From Lama glama (Eukaryota): a stretch of DNA of 64,000 nt. The notes under the pieces were generated by a model, which saw only the letters and a program-made list of their open reading frames with translations, ran no database searches and was not told the origin of the DNA. This document shows positions 1 through 13,297 of the stretch, piece by piece (position 1 is the first letter of the stretch; every line of letters begins with the position of its first letter). The DNA is taken from contig CM052817.1 in the NCBI GenBank assembly GCA_028534125.1, positions 44,580,001 to 44,644,000 of the forward strand, given 5' to 3'. The position numbers were made by a program, and so were the translations under genes.

Positions 1-730
1 CTTGGGGAGTTCAACTATAAAAATCAACACATAATAGATGAGATAAGACATATTCAAAAGGCATCTTAGAGACAAAATGTTTCCCACAGCAGCCGCATAG
101 AGAGCAAGGACTCTTCAGTAACCTTATCGATCACATTAGCATATCTAAAGAAAGAATGTGTCAATCAGAAAGGGATTTGGTGTGGACGCAGGGAAGAAAT
201 GAGATTGGAGAGGAGCGCTTTGGCAGAAGGATTCCCTGCCGTCCAGAGGGGAAAGGGCCCCGATTCAGCAGTGCCAGTGTCTGGCCCGCTTGGCAGACAC
301 GTCTCTAATGGAAAGATGGGCCATCTGGCCATCCGCGCGGATGCCCGCACACTCTGGTGCCTCAAACCACTCCTCACCCTGAGTCTGAGAGCACCACGCA
401 GCCTCCTGACCTAATTATGGTCAGACTTCCTATTTCATTTTCCTGTGGGTATAACATAGTATACTGAGTTTTGGTCCATGTGGGATACTTGTTTCACTTG
501 GGGCTGTCTTTTCCAAAATGAGTTAATGCTTTGACATTGTGGGGTATAGCCTTCAATTTCCTGTGAGTTTAGATAATGTGAATTAACATTCCTAAATTCC
601 ATGAGATCCTGGGCACTGTTATGACCAGTTCTGCACCTGTAAGTCTGGGGACTAGCCCTTTAATGGTGGTAAATTCACCAACGGAATAAAGTTGGGGGGC
701 ACGTCTCAATAACCAGACATCCAGCATGTT

Positions 731-754
731 TGGCAATATGGCAATATGGCAATA
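731..754. repeat. (TGGCAATA)3 short tandem repeat
   Basis: The sequence tggcaata tggcaata tggcaata is read directly. Confidence 0.9.
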
Positions 755-1464
755 TTCCATTTGCCACATGCCTCTCTAACCCAATCCAGGATAATTATGC
801 TCAAATATTGCACATTTCCTATGTACTTATACTTTACACATTAAATCCTCATACTGCCCTTTTGAGGCAGGAATTATTATTTCCTATTATTATTTTATAA
901 ATGAGAAAAATTGAGGCTTAAAGGGGCCCAAAGTCACATAATTTGCAAGTGACAAGGCCAGTTTTCAACCCCAGGACTGTCTGTTTCCTGTTCTGCTAGA
1001 AGAAGTAATTCAACTTTCATGTCACCATCAACTAGAAGGCATAACCAGAACCCAGCATGACTACTTTTCATAGCAGGAAACAGGACAGTCCTCTCCAGAG
1101 GTTAATTGATCACCAGAGTCCCAGCAAAACACATCGGGAGCGTAGATTCTGCTGTCAGTCCTCAACAGATAAATGCCAGTGTTCTCAGGCTGGGCTTTGA
1201 GTTTCAATATCAAAGTGAGTCCACAACTCTCAACATTCTTGGACACATGGAGCAGGTCAAATGGTTCTGAGCCTTCCTACCCATCTGTGTGAGCAACTTG
1301 CCACCATGCTTGGGATGACTTCTTGCTTTACTCAAATCTTGACCCACAAAGAATGGGCTTATGTCTAGAGTTGGCCAATAATAACATAAATAACAGCAGC
1401 AGCATCTGTGGTTACCACGAGTTACCACTAGAATATTTCACTTAACCATTCTATTCACCTTGTA

Positions 1465-1620
1465 AAGTGGGTATTCTAATCCCCATTTTAAAATATGGAA
1501 ACTGAATACAACAAGGCTAAGTAACTTGCCCAAGATCACACAGCTGGAAGATGGCAGCCCTAGAATTTGAACCCAGGTCTGATCTGACTCTGGTGACTAT
1601 GCTTTGAGCCACTCTGCTTC
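1465..1620 (-). mobile_element. MIR SINE fragment
   Basis: Contains the MIR core: cccattttaaaatatggaaactga...aagtaacttgcccaagatcacacagct...atttgaacccaggtct. Confidence 0.8.
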
Positions 1621-2744
1621 ACTGGCCACCAGAGAAGCAAGGTCTGGTTAGATGGCCCTGAAGGGAAACCAGACACAGTCCAGCACACTGAGGAGAGTCA
1701 CTAGAGCCTGGGGACATGGCGGGACCACACCCACGGCTGTTTTTATGCTTGTGAGGAGGGGTAGTTCCCCTGAGCAAGGGCTCACTCAGTAGACTTTGAG
1801 GAATGAATGAATGCAGAAGTGAATGGTCCCCTAAGAGACTGTCTGAGGCATGATGAGAAGACTAGCTTGTTTTTCACATCTTGCAAATGGAGTGGCTTGA
1901 TTAAAGACTCTTAAAGTTTCAGCCAACTAGAACATTCTCAAATATGATAACATGTAGTTGCCATGGGAGGCAGCCCAAACCTGATTAATGAAGAACTATC
2001 CCAATAAGCCAAATGCGGAGGCCCAACACGTAGTAGGTCAACACAGTAACACTCCAGTGGCTGGTGAAGGAACCAGGGGCATCCAGATGGACTCTTTTCT
2101 GGCTCTTCCACTTACCAGCCCTGCTACCTTCAGCAACTCACTTAACCCCTTGCCTATAAAATGGAGTTAGAGATAGCTGTCTTACCAGATTCTTGTTAGC
2201 GCTTATGAACTAACACACATAAAACATCTCCAGCAATGCTTGGTTTGTATGATTTAAAAAAAAAATTTAATTCCCTCCCTCTTTCCATAAGAAATTCCCT
2301 TCACCATGAGCTGTTTTCCCAGGACTAGGCAACTTCTTACTTTAAGGCATTAAAACTCATCACAATCCAAACCTTTCCCCGCAGAGGAACCACCACTATC
2401 ACAAGAAAGACAAAACAAAACAAAACAAAGAAGGAATTCACTAGTTCTGATGACCCCCCTGGGGGAGGGGAGGCTAGTGGAATGCCATCTAACCTCCAAG
2501 CCCATCGCTTTTTCCAGTCCCACAAGGAGAGGACACTTCACGGAGCTCTGACCTCATCGGGATCAGGGCCACTTTACATCAGTCCCAGAAATGTAGGAAG
2601 TACAGTGATAGGGGAATCCCGTCAGCCCAATACCTGCTGGGGAAGCCAGTGTTTCACCAGACAGTAATGTCTGAAATGTCTTCACATGGCACAAGAAGGG
2701 CAAGGAAAAAAGGACAATTGAGGGGTAGGGGGCAGCAGAAGGAT

Positions 2745-3245
2745 CACCACGGCGAGGTTTAAAGAACACGCTCTTTTCCAGGAGCAGGTGGGGAGGCAGA
2801 GGAGGAACCTGGGCGCACGCCCCGCCTACCTGCGCACCACCAGCCGCAGGGTCTTGTAGGATCCTTTCACCAGGGAAACGGCCTCCCTTCTGGAGCTGCT
2901 CAGCGCCACCTCGTTGATGTGCACCACCTCATCCCCGGCCCGAAGTTTGGAGCTCACCAGGTCCGCTTTGCCCCCTTCTTCGATCTGCTCAGAAAGACGA
3001 CAGAGCCACAGGGTGAGTCCCCGGAGCCCTGCCTGGGATCCCGCGGAGCCGGCCCAACAGGCTGGGGCCACACCCCACCCCACTCCCACGATAAACTCCC
3101 AGAAGGCAGGGGCCGCCTCCTGTTTCCGTAGCCTCGGGCATCCAGCCCCTAGCCTGCCCACAGAGGGCGCTCGGAAACACTAGCCCAAGGGATGAAGGAA
3201 CTCGGTTTCCATCGGAAAGCCACTCAGGATCCTCTGCGTGCTCAC
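2745..3245. other. CpG/GC-rich patch spanning the exon
   Basis: GC and CpG density are visibly higher than in the AT-rich flanks (not computed). Confidence 0.55.
2830..2984 (-). CDS. SHROOM3: Internal coding exon (exon 2 equivalent) of Shroom family member 3; C-terminal part of the N-terminal PDZ domain
   Basis: The minus strand reads tcgtctttctgagcAG|ATC GAA GAA GGG...GTG CGC AG|GTaggcgg, a 155-bp exon with a phase 0 start and phase 2 end. It translates to [51 protein letters not shown](R). This is near-identical to the human SHROOM3 PDZ as I recall it ([52 protein letters not shown]) and clearly less similar to SHROOM2 or SHROOM4. Confidence 0.96.
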
Positions 3246-3359
3246 CACCACCACCACCCCTTTAATCTTCAACTCCCAAAGTCCTTCAAAGCAACAATTT
3301 TATTCTTTTAGAAGTTGCGTTCTTCTTACCTCCTTGTTTTTGGTCTAAAATTATAACTC

Positions 3360-3922
3360 ATTGGGTAAATAAACTGTGGTACATCCAGACAATGGAATAT
3401 TATTCAGCACTAAAAGGAAATGAACTAACAAGCCACGAAAAGGCATGGAAGACCTTTAAATTAAATGTGTGTTATGAAGTGAAAGAGGCCAATCTGGAAA
3501 GGTTACATGCTGTATGAATCTAACTCTGTGGTATTCTGGAAGAGACAAAATTACGGAAACAACAGAAAGGTCAGTAGTTGTCAGGGTTAGGCAGGAGGGA
3601 TGAATAGGTGCAGCAGAGAGGCTGTTTAGGACAGTGAAACTTGAAACTGCTCTGTATGATACTGCAAGGTTGGATACATGACATTATACCATGGAGTGTA
3701 CAACACCAAGAGTAAACCCTAAGGTCAACTATGAACTTTGGGTGATGATGTGTCAGTGTAGGTTCATCAGTTGTAACAAAGGTACCACTCGGGTGGGGAT
3801 GTTGACAATTAGAGAGGCTTTGCAAGGGAGTGAGGAGCAGGGGAATATATGGAAACTCTCCACTTTCTGCTCAGTTTTGCTGAGAACTTAAAGCTGCTTT
3901 AAAAAATAAAGTCTATTAAAAA
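3360..3922 (+). mobile_element. Old L1 (L1MB/L1MC-like) 3' UTR fragment
   Basis: Reads aaactgtggtacatccagacaatggaatattattcagc...gtaaaccctaaggtcaactatgaactttgggtgat...aaataaagtctatt, typical of an L1M 3' end. Confidence 0.85.
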
Positions 3923-4556
3923 TTGTAATTCATTCAATAAAATGACTCAACACATGCTTTATGCTGGAAATTGTTCTAGATGCTAAGGCTGTAACAGTCA
4001 ACAAAACAGACAGAAATCCTTGCTCTTCTGGTGCTGAGCGGGGAGGCAGGAAACAAACACCAAACGTGATAAACAAGTAACTGATATACTATGTGAGAAG
4101 TTGATGAAATGCTTTGGAAACCAACAGAGCAAAATAATGCTCTATCCAGTGCTGTATGCCAGTGGATGCTTGCGGCATGACGATGATGAAGGGGAATAAA
4201 AAGGGAAAAAAATAAAACAAAAACAAAAAACAAGTAAACAGAGCCTAACCCATATCTTCTCTTTTTTCAATAATTACTCTCCAGAATTATACACATGTCC
4301 AATAACCTTCAATAGATCTAAATATATATAAAATGAACCAAATTCCTATAATAAATTTATAAATTTTGTCCTTACCAGCTTTTAATTTTATTTTTAATTA
4401 TTGAAATAGTATATGCTAAAATCCATTAATTATAGAGGATGAAAAAAATACAGAAAGTGTATAAAGGGAAAGGGAAAAGTGAGTCTTACGCCTGCTCCCT
4501 CCATGTTACTCTCTAAAGTAACCATTGTTTACAGTTTAGATTATGAAATTGATAGA

Positions 4557-5059
4557 CAGATGGTCCCTGATCTACCAGGGTTCAACTTCAATTTTTCAAC
4601 TTTACAGTGTTGTGAAAGTGATACTCATTCAGTAGAAACTGTACTTTGAATTTTGAATTTGGATCTTTTCCCGGGCAAGTGATATGCAGAATGATACTCT
4701 GTCATGATGCCGGGCAGTGGCAGCAGCTGTAGCTCCCGGTCAGCCACGTGATCACCAGAATTAATGACTGATAACTTTATAACCATTCTGGACCCACACA
4801 ACCATCCTGTTTTCACTTTCAGTACAGTATTCAGTAAGTTACATGAGATATTCAATGCTATTATAAAATAGGCTTTTTGTTAGACAATTCTGTCCAACTG
4901 TAGGCTAAGGTCAGTGTTCTGAGCACATTTAAGGTAGGCTAGGCTAAGCTATGATGTTCGGCAGGTTAGATGTACTAAATGCATTTTCAACTTATGATAT
5001 TGTCAACTTCCAATGGGTTTATTGTGATGTAACCCCATCGTTAAGTCAAGGAAGGCCTG
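4557..5059 (-). mobile_element. Tigger3/MER7 (Golem)-family non-autonomous Tc1/mariner-pogo DNA transposon
   Basis: Degenerate terminal inverted repeats (cagatggtccctgatcta... / ...taagtcaaggaaggcctg followed by TA). The internal aggtaggctaggctaagctatgatgttcggcaggttag matches the recalled Tigger3 consensus. Confidence 0.8.
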
Positions 5060-5159
5060 TATATATGTTTTCTTTTTACAAAAATGAGATCACACTATAT
5101 ACACCTACTCAACCATCTTTTGGCATGCAACAAAGAGGCATTAAAATGAGGTGACCAAG

Positions 5160-5360
5160 AGTTTGAGGAGTCAAACAGATAACCTAAGTAAGAGGAAGTC
5201 ACTTACTCTCTCTAGGCTTCAGATTTCTCCTCCATGAAACAGGGCTAATAATGGCATCTGCCTCACAGTGCTGCAGTGAGGATTAATGAGATAAGCCACA
5301 TGAATTGGTAAACAGGGTTCCTGACTTAAGGCAAGATTTCAAAAGTGGTAGCTATTGTTT
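5160..5360 (+). mobile_element. MIR SINE fragment
   Basis: Reads aagtcacttactctctctaggcttcagatttctcc...gtgaggattaatgagataa. Confidence 0.65.
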
Positions 5361-7377
5361 TCAAAAATCATATATCATGAAGTTACTTTCATTCATACCT
5401 AACTCTACTATAACATCTTGGTATGAATAAAACATGGTGTTTCATTCATTCATTGAGCCATTCCCTATTGTTGGTCATTTTCTCCTGCCTTTCTACCCTT
5501 TTCATCCACCTCAATTTCCCTACGAGCCTTCGGTAAATTCACTTTTTCCCAAACACAGAATAAAATGAGACCTAGGAAGTTACCAGTTTCTTATATAAAA
5601 AAGGGAAGTCAAGAAAAGCTCATTTGTGTAGTTTATATCATGTTCTTCTCATAACTGATTTAATGTGAAAGCAAACATTAGGAGGAAGCATGTTATAAAG
5701 ATCTTCATTGTTCTGATAAACTATTTCTATAAATCTTTCCTTGTATTTACAGAGTCTCTCATAATCTCTTCACTTTGTACAGAACTTTAAGGCTTAAAAT
5801 GCTTACTTTAAAAAAGTCAATTAATGTAATTATTTATAAAACAGAAAAAAGTGGGGGCTGGGATGATTTTGTGAAATAGTTTTTATTTATCAACCATTAG
5901 TTGGGCACCTGCTCTGTTTTGATTCTCAAATCTTTCCAAACTCTCTCATATTGATTCATGCTCTTCTTAGGGTTTTAATGCTTACCAGAGATGACTTTTC
6001 AACCTTCCCTCTAACACTCGTCTTTTGCAAAAGCCCTTATCCTATATTTTCAGTTTCTGTTTTCCACTTCCTCCTTTTTCCTCCAAATACCCCTCCTCCA
6101 TCATGAAACTTCTATCAGCCCAGATAGAATCTCTCTCTTTCCCCTCTAAATGATTTCTGCCTGTCTGGAGACAAGCCACAGCACTACCTTTGCCATGGGT
6201 ATTCCTGACCATGCCCTATCCCCTCATCTCGGTTTTAAATTCCTCGAGGTCAGAAACTCTCTTGTCCAAAATATCTTCTGAGCATCTACCTTGTGTCAGG
6301 CACTGTTCTAGGCCTGGGGAAATGTCAAGGAAGGAAACAAACTCTATGCTCTCCTTTTTGGAGTTTGCATTCTAGAATATTTTTAATATATTTCCTATCT
6401 TTGTACTAAAAAACTTGCCCATTCACAGAGGCAGTTCAGAGAGCCTACAGTGATCAAAACAAGCCTGAGTACTTTCTGTTCTTAGGGTGCTTAAATTCAT
6501 CCACATATAAAACTCTCCCTAGGAGGTCAGGCAATTTCTAATGAATCAAAGGAGTCCTGGGAGACCACTTGGTGCTAGGATTCATCCAGGGGTTCTACTC
6601 ACAAAGGTCGAGTCCCAGTAGACCCAAGTGAGGCTTGAATTGAGCCATTGGGCACGAAGTGTAGACCCCTCATCTAACTCCTTTCAGCCAACCAGATTAT
6701 GGGCTGCTGTATCAGCTTGTGGATTACTTGGGACCCCCACATCCCCTCCTCCTCTGCTGCTGCTGGCCCTTTGGTCACCTTCCTATTTGGTAGCATCAGT
6801 GTCAGTGGGTCACTCAGGTAGTAAACTTGGTCACCAAGAAAGTTGAAGCTATCAGCTAAAACAAGGCAGTGAATTACCTTAATCTATATTGCTGTTTGCA
6901 TTTATTATCACAAATGATGAATTGAGATATTGAGATGATTTGTCTGATGCACTAGTAATTGATTTCAGTCTACTGAGGCTAACTAGATGCATAAATCTTA
7001 AGTTTACAACGATTATTTGTACTGTTTCTCTAAAATTGTTACTATGACTCAAAAAAAAAGTATGTTTACCAAAGGTTTAACAGTAATTCTCTTGAACTAT
7101 TCATCAAGAGGATTGTACTTCTTCTAACCCCACGCTCTGCTGATACTGTCAGTCAACAGGACTCAGTGAAAACTGACGTTTATTATTTTAAACCCTTGGA
7201 CCAATACTTGAGCAGCTAAAGAGGTCACTGGCATTGTTTGTCCAATTTCACCTGCATATTTCAAGAACGTGATTGTCAGCAGGTTAAATGACTTCGGATA
7301 ATGTATCGTGTACAGTTGAGTGGGAAACCTCTAAGCTAACAAACTAGGGAGCAGGTGATTATACTCCCTCACTTCCC

Positions 7378-7514
7378 TTTTTTTTTTTTTTTTTTTTTTT
7401 TGGTGGAGGGAGGAAATTAGGTTTTATTTATTTTTAGAGGAGGTACTGGGGATTGAACCCAGGACCTCATGCATGCTAAGCATGTGCTCTACTGCTTGAG
7501 CTATACCCTTCCCT
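7378..7514 (-). mobile_element. Camelid tRNA(Ala)-derived SINE (Vic-1-like)
   Basis: The reverse complement is agggaagggtatagctcaagcagtagagcacatgcttagcatgcatgaggtcctgggttcaatccccagtacctcc followed by an A-rich tail. Pol III A and B boxes are present, and there is a poly-T run at 7378-7401. Confidence 0.9.
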
Positions 7515-8039
7515 GATTCCCCTTCTCAAATCTTAAATGCATCCACATCTACAGGATTAAAGTGACTTTGCTCTGATGACCATGTGAAGGGTTGGTTTTT
7601 GCATCGTTTGTAGTCTTTTACATTGCAATTCATTTAACACCTAATGGTGTACCTACACATAATAAATGATCAAAAAACATTTATTGAGCAAATCTAGGGA
7701 AGCTGACTCTAAAGAAATACAGTACTGAGTGATACATGTTCTGATAGAAATATATTCAAAATATTGATAAAATATAGGTAAAGGGGAGGGTTGGATGCCC
7801 ATGTCAGAAGCTGGATGTGGTGTGTGGAGGGGCAAGAAGTCAGGCCCGTCTCCTGCCCTCTCGCTTAACCCTTGCAGCCCAATCAACATGAGGGAGTGTG
7901 AAGCTGCCATTTTGGGATGAGTCCTGTGTTCTGCTTCTCCAGGCTTTGTACCCTCCAAACCCCAATGCCTCAACTCTGCCTCCCCAGCCCTGTTCTCTGT
8001 CTTACTTCATCGTAACAGCCTTCCCTCAGCATCACCTCA

Positions 8040-8670
8040 ATCAGAAGCACGTCATCGGCAGCAACCTAGGGATCCTGTTACAACTCCGCTCCTCCACATG
8101 ACCCTCCTCCCCACACTCAGAGCAGAAACCAAAGTCCTCTCTATGCACCAAGGACCCGGCTGGACTGGGCCTCCTCACCTTTCCATTGGCTTCTACCCTC
8201 CTCCTTGCTTACTCAACCCCAGCGCTGCACCCACCCCTGCCCCCGGCCCCTGGCCTCCGGCTGCAGGTGGAGGATGCCAGGTGCGCTCTCGCCTCAGGCA
8301 GGCCCCTCTACCTGCTGTTCCCTGAGTCTGGAATGCCTTTCCCTCAGGTAATCATTCGCCCTTCTCCCTCACCTCCTCCAGGTCTTTACACAATTCCAAC
8401 TTCTCCAGGAGTCCTTTCCTGACCACCCGTCTAGAATTTCAACCTCTTCTCTTTGCTCTCATCTTTAATTTTTTTCTTTAGCACTTCAGTTGTCATCTAA
8501 CTCATTATATTTTTACTTACGTGTCTTATAGTTTATTACCTATGTTCCTACTAGAATGTCAGTCCCGTGGGGGCAGGGACTTGGTCTGTTTTGTTCACTG
8601 TTGTGTCCTCAGTGCCCAGGACAGCATGGGGCCCCCAGAGCTGCTCAATATTTATTGTATGAGTAAACGA
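8040..8670 (+). mobile_element. L2 LINE 3' fragment
   Basis: Ends with ctagaatgtcagtcccgtgggggcagggacttggtctgttttgttcactg...ctcaatatttattgtatgag, the L2 3' end. Confidence 0.75.
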
Positions 8671-9582
8671 ATCCTTATCATCATTGCTGTCAGTTGCTGA
8701 GTTCCCTGTGTGTTTCAGTAACTCTACTGCATCATCTGAGAAGTCACAGACTCTGTAAGATATTATAATCTCCTTTTTCTGTAAGTGTGAACCATAAGGC
8801 TCACATGACCTGCTCAAGGTTGCAGAGTCAGTAAAACAATGCAGCTAGGGCTGGAATTCAAAGTCCATGCTCTCCAGTCTGCTGCCTTGAGAATTCCCCA
8901 GGCCTTTGCTCCTGAACGAACACTTCTTCATTTGTCTGCCTGATCCTTCAAGTGCTCAAGAACCTGACATCTGACACTCCTGTGTTCTGAACCTTCTCTT
9001 TCAGGGGCCCTAAGAACTCTGGAGCTATTTTATGGGCTCACAGGTTCAAGAGAATTCACAGCTTACACATGAAAAAGACTTGGCATTGCAGGGCCACTGG
9101 GGCAGGGAGATGGCCTGGCCAAGTAAAACTGGACATGTAATGGTTTCCATTCACAACTCTGTCTTAAGTTTTAATTAAAAACAAACTCATCCTATAGACT
9201 TCTACCACAATTGAATTTCACCTACATTCTATGTCTGAATTCTTAAGTGATCTCTTTTCATTTTCTGACTATGTTCATTCCTGGCTGATGCCAAGGGAGG
9301 AGTATGAGGAGGAAAGGGTAATTCAATGGCTCACAGTCAATCCAACAACACATACAATTTATTTGCTGTTTTGTGCAGTTGGTGATTTGAGGAGAAATAT
9401 ACTCTTTATGAGTGTAAAAATTATATTGAAGGAATAAGAAAATACAGAAAGATTTAAAAAATAAATAGATAAAGAAATACATTAAGAATCTTTCAACCAA
9501 AGCTGTTGGAGTGCTGCTTTTTATTCACTTGGAATTGTCACTATAGCCTAGTGGGCATTCTTGGTTTTAAACTGTGTATAGC

Positions 9583-10115
9583 AATCTAAATGTCCATCGA
9601 CAGTTGAATGGATAAAGAAGATGTGGTATATATACACAATGGAATACTACTGAGCCATAAAAAGAATAAAATAATGCCATTTGCAGCTACATGGATGGAC
9701 CCAGGGATTGTCATACTAACAGCAGTAAGTCAGAGAAAGAGAAATATCATATGATATTACTTACATGTGGAATCTAAAATAAATAAATAACACAAATGAA
9801 CTTATTTACAAAACAGAAATAGACTCACAGACATAGAAGACAAACTTATGTTTACCAGAGGGGAAGGGGGGGGTGGAGAGTGATAAATTGGGAGTTTGGG
9901 ATTTGTAGATACTAACTACTATATATAAGATAGATAAACAACAGGACCTACTGTATAGCACAGGGGATGATATTCAATACCTTATAATAGCCTATAATGA
10001 AAAAGAATATGAAAAGGAATATATATGTGTACGTATAAATGAATCACTATGCTGTGCACCAGAAACTAACACAGCATTGTAAACTATACTTCAATTTAAA
10101 AAACCAAATAAAAAA
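9583..10115 (+). mobile_element. 5'-truncated artiodactyl/camelid-type L1 (end of ORF2 + 3' UTR + A tail)
   Basis: Reads aaatgtccatcgacagttgaatggataaagaagatgtggtatatatacacaatggaatactac...cattgtaaactatacttcaatt followed by an A-rich tail. Confidence 0.9.
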
Positions 10116-11334
10116 ATTTTTTAATTATACATAAAGTAGGGACAATGAAATAAAGTAAAATTAGTAAAAGTTCATCCCAGGAACTGTATGTGGCTCTCAG
10201 TTTCTATGAAATGAATAAGCATTTCTTGGACCCCAGAACTAACTACTGGAATTGAAACAAAACAGAGAAATACCCCCATGATTTGTGCTGAGTGACATGA
10301 GAGTACAGATATGACACCTCCCTTTCTCATCACCTGCTTCTCACCTAACTCCAAATTGCTAGGTTCATACTGTCAAAAACTCCTTTTTCAGGTCATAAGA
10401 CGATGTGTGCATTGTAGTAGAAGAAAGAACACTGGATGAAGAGTCAGGAATCCTGTGCCCTAATCTGGACTCTGGCCCTTTCTATCTGTAGAGCTCTGGA
10501 TTAGTCTCTCCAGTAGAACATGTCCTGTTGGTCATCTTTTCCCACTTAAGATGACTAATAAGGAAAATTCCATAGTTTTAATCTAAATTGGAATACATAC
10601 ACAACAGTTACTATTTAAAATTATATAATCACTTTCTTTTATTATTTTCTAAATAGAAGATATATTATTTCTTTTCCAAGGTTCATAACCTGGATGAAAA
10701 GCCCAAGAACAGAGGTGGAAGCAGTGTGGTGTATAAAAACTGGGAGCTCTAGGGTCAACCCAATGTAGGTAGAGTCTCACTTCCAATACTGGGTGATCTC
10801 AGGCAAAATACACATCATCTCTGAGTATCCATCTCTTTCACCTAAATACGGGAACAAGAAGAGAAGCCACACAGAGTTAGTGTGAGGATGATAGCAGCTG
10901 ACACATTGATGTTTCCTTGCACATAGCATAAAAGTGTTTCCTGAATTATGAGGCTCTGTGGTTTTATGGAGTAAGTTTAATGTGTTTCTGACTGTTTCCA
11001 CCACAAGAATAAATGTGTTAGCCACTGCAGAGACCAAGGGGAAGAAATTTGCTAGAAGGAGAGAGGTTATTTACTTAAAGTCAAAGAACAGGAGTTAACT
11101 TGACTTAAAGTGAAATAGGAGACATTCTCTCCTTTGGATGGAAGTTTTTATTTCAGAGAGTGGTCTCCGGGCAGGAAGTTACCCAGTGACACCTTATGGA
11201 CCATCCAAATGAGCTACAGCCTCTGCAAACCTAGATGTGATCACAGTTTTTGATTTACTGCTCAATGGATAAAAGGAACTGATCTCAAAGGTAGGATAAA
11301 AGTCAAGCTTCACTGACGCCACCTTCAGCCACTC

Positions 11335-11772
11335 AACAAATAATTATCTTGCAGTTGTAGAGGTCAGAAGTCTAAAATGCTCTCACTGCGCTAACACCAA
11401 GGTGTTATCATAGCTGTGTTCTTTCAGGGGACTCTAGGGAAGAATCCATTTCTTCCCTTTTCTAGCTTCTGGAGGCTGCCCATGGCTCATGGCCCCTTTC
11501 CTTCATCTTCAAATCCAGCATTGGCCAGTTGAGTCTTTCCCATGCTGCTCCAATCTGACATTGATTCTCCTGACGCCTTTCATTTATGAGGACCCTTGTG
11601 ATTACACTGGGCCCACCCAGACAATCCAGGAGAATCTCCCCCAAAGTCAACTGATTAGTAACCTTAATTCCATCTGCAATCTTAATTCCCCTTTGCCGTG
11701 TAACATATTTCCTGGTTAAGAGGATTAAGATGTAGACAACTTTGAGGAAGAGGGTGTTAGCCTACCTACCAT
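11335..11772 (-). mobile_element. MLT1 (ERVL-MaLR) solo LTR, MLT1C-E type
   Basis: Reads gaggtcagaagtctaaaatg...gacccttgtgattacactgggcccacccagacaatccagg...ccatctgcaatcttaattcccctttgcc. Confidence 0.85.
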
Positions 11773-11777
11773 AACCA

Positions 11778-11975
11778 CTAACTTGCTGTGTGATGTTAGG
11801 CAAAGTTATTCCTTTCCTCTGAACCACAGTTTACTTTCCAGAAAAATAGTGAAGGTGATGATAATAGTACCTACCCCTGGGGATTATTGAGAGAATGAAA
11901 GTAAATAATGATAATGAATGAAAAGCTTAGCACAGTACCTGACACAGAGTAAGGGATCAATAAATGTCAGCCTTT
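11778..11975 (+). mobile_element. MIR SINE
   Basis: Reads gctgtgtgatgttaggcaaagtt...ataatagtacctacc...cttagcacagtacctgacacagagtaag. Confidence 0.8.
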
Positions 11976-13251
11976 GTCATCACCACCACCACCACCATCA
12001 TCATCGTTTACGGGGGAAAGCAGGTAAAGAGGTTATACACACTCAGTCCTCCACTACTTACTGCAGGCAGTAGAACGAGTTTTATCACAGAGAACCTCCT
12101 GCTTTCCCCCCATCCTTCCTTTGCCCCCCTCACCCCCCATTTCAGGACATTGAAGCAGGAGAAAGCACAGAAAACATGACTGACAGACAAGGGATCACTG
12201 CACTCCAAGTTGAGTCCTTTGAGCTTCTGGTGTTTGAACTCCCTCGGGCAGCTCTCCCATCTTAGAAAGAGATTTATGAGGTAGTTCTAGCCCCAGATCA
12301 GTTTCCCAGAGTCCTCTGAACGCATGGAGGAGCCCTGGGACCCCTAGGCTGTAACAAGGGCAAAACTCCCCAGTTCCTGGGGTGTGTGTCCGTGTAGCTC
12401 GTGTGTGCCCACTGTGTGAATCCCTGCCTTCTCAGACAGTGCGCTGGGATTGCTCTCCCTCTCCATGGAGCCCCGGAGCCCCTTCGGTCATGATGTGCTG
12501 CACCCCAGTGAACTCCACTGAACTTCAAAGAGGGGAGGGGCCAGGCCCGTTCAGGGAACAAGAGGTCGAGGCTACTAGACCCCAGCTAGGCTTCAATCCC
12601 CTGTTTCTGCTCCATTCAAATCAAAGACTTTGGCAACCCCTTTATTTAGACTTAAAGGCATTATTTATATTTTACTCCATTCCTCAAATAATTTTAGTCA
12701 TCTTCGTTGGCATGGTTATTCCAAGTTCCTAAGACAGACTCTTTCAATGGCCCCATTTGTTTACATTCAAGTCATAGTGTTTTCATTCATTAGACTGGTT
12801 CTGTTGTATTTATTCACGGAAATATAACATAGTATGTGTAACATACATATATGTATAGAACATCTATTAAAATATACATGTACAGAATGTGTATCTAAAC
12901 CACTTTACAAATGAGGGAAAGAGAACTTCTTTTCATTAACCACATCAATGGAGAGCTTGGATCTTGGGAAAATAAATAAAATCTACAAATCACATGTAGA
13001 TTTCATGTATTTCATAAGTATATTGAGTAAGTTCACTTCCTGTTACCAATAAACTAGGACTAGGAGTCACAGGACAATAAATTTGTACACATAGGCACGT
13101 ACATGCTTTATCTCATTTTAGCAATTTCCGACTCTTCCTTTATCAAATGGGTATCACAATTTCTGACACACTAACATGATCAGGCTTTAGTTTCATCTTC
13201 TATTTTCCCTACTCTTCATCTGTGAGAAATTTCAGTGATTTAAAATTAAAA

Positions 13252-13297
13252 ACATTGTAAATCAACTATACTTCAATTAAAGAAACAACAAACTAAA
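13252..13297 (+). mobile_element. Extremely 5'-truncated L1 3' terminus
   Basis: Reads acattgtaaatcaactatacttcaattaaagaaacaacaaa, the same terminus as the L1 copies at 9583-10115 and 44766-45182. Confidence 0.65.

Larger units (their letters stand above)
1..2829 (-). other. SHROOM3: Intron downstream of the PDZ exon (SHROOM3 intron 2, partial)
   Basis: The GT donor is at 2829-2828 on the minus strand. No further exon was recognised. Confidence 0.8.

Noticed and set aside
2985..3161. N-terminal extension of ORF 2826..3161 (MGRLGAG...LSEQ)
   Set aside because: It lies upstream of a canonical acceptor and has no Shroom similarity, so it is open reading frame extending into the intron.
7430..7514. 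tRNA-Ala-like sequences (also at 25006, 26450, 48695 and 54600)
   Set aside because: They have SINE bodies, A-rich tails and TSDs, so they are retroposed SINEs rather than tRNA genes.
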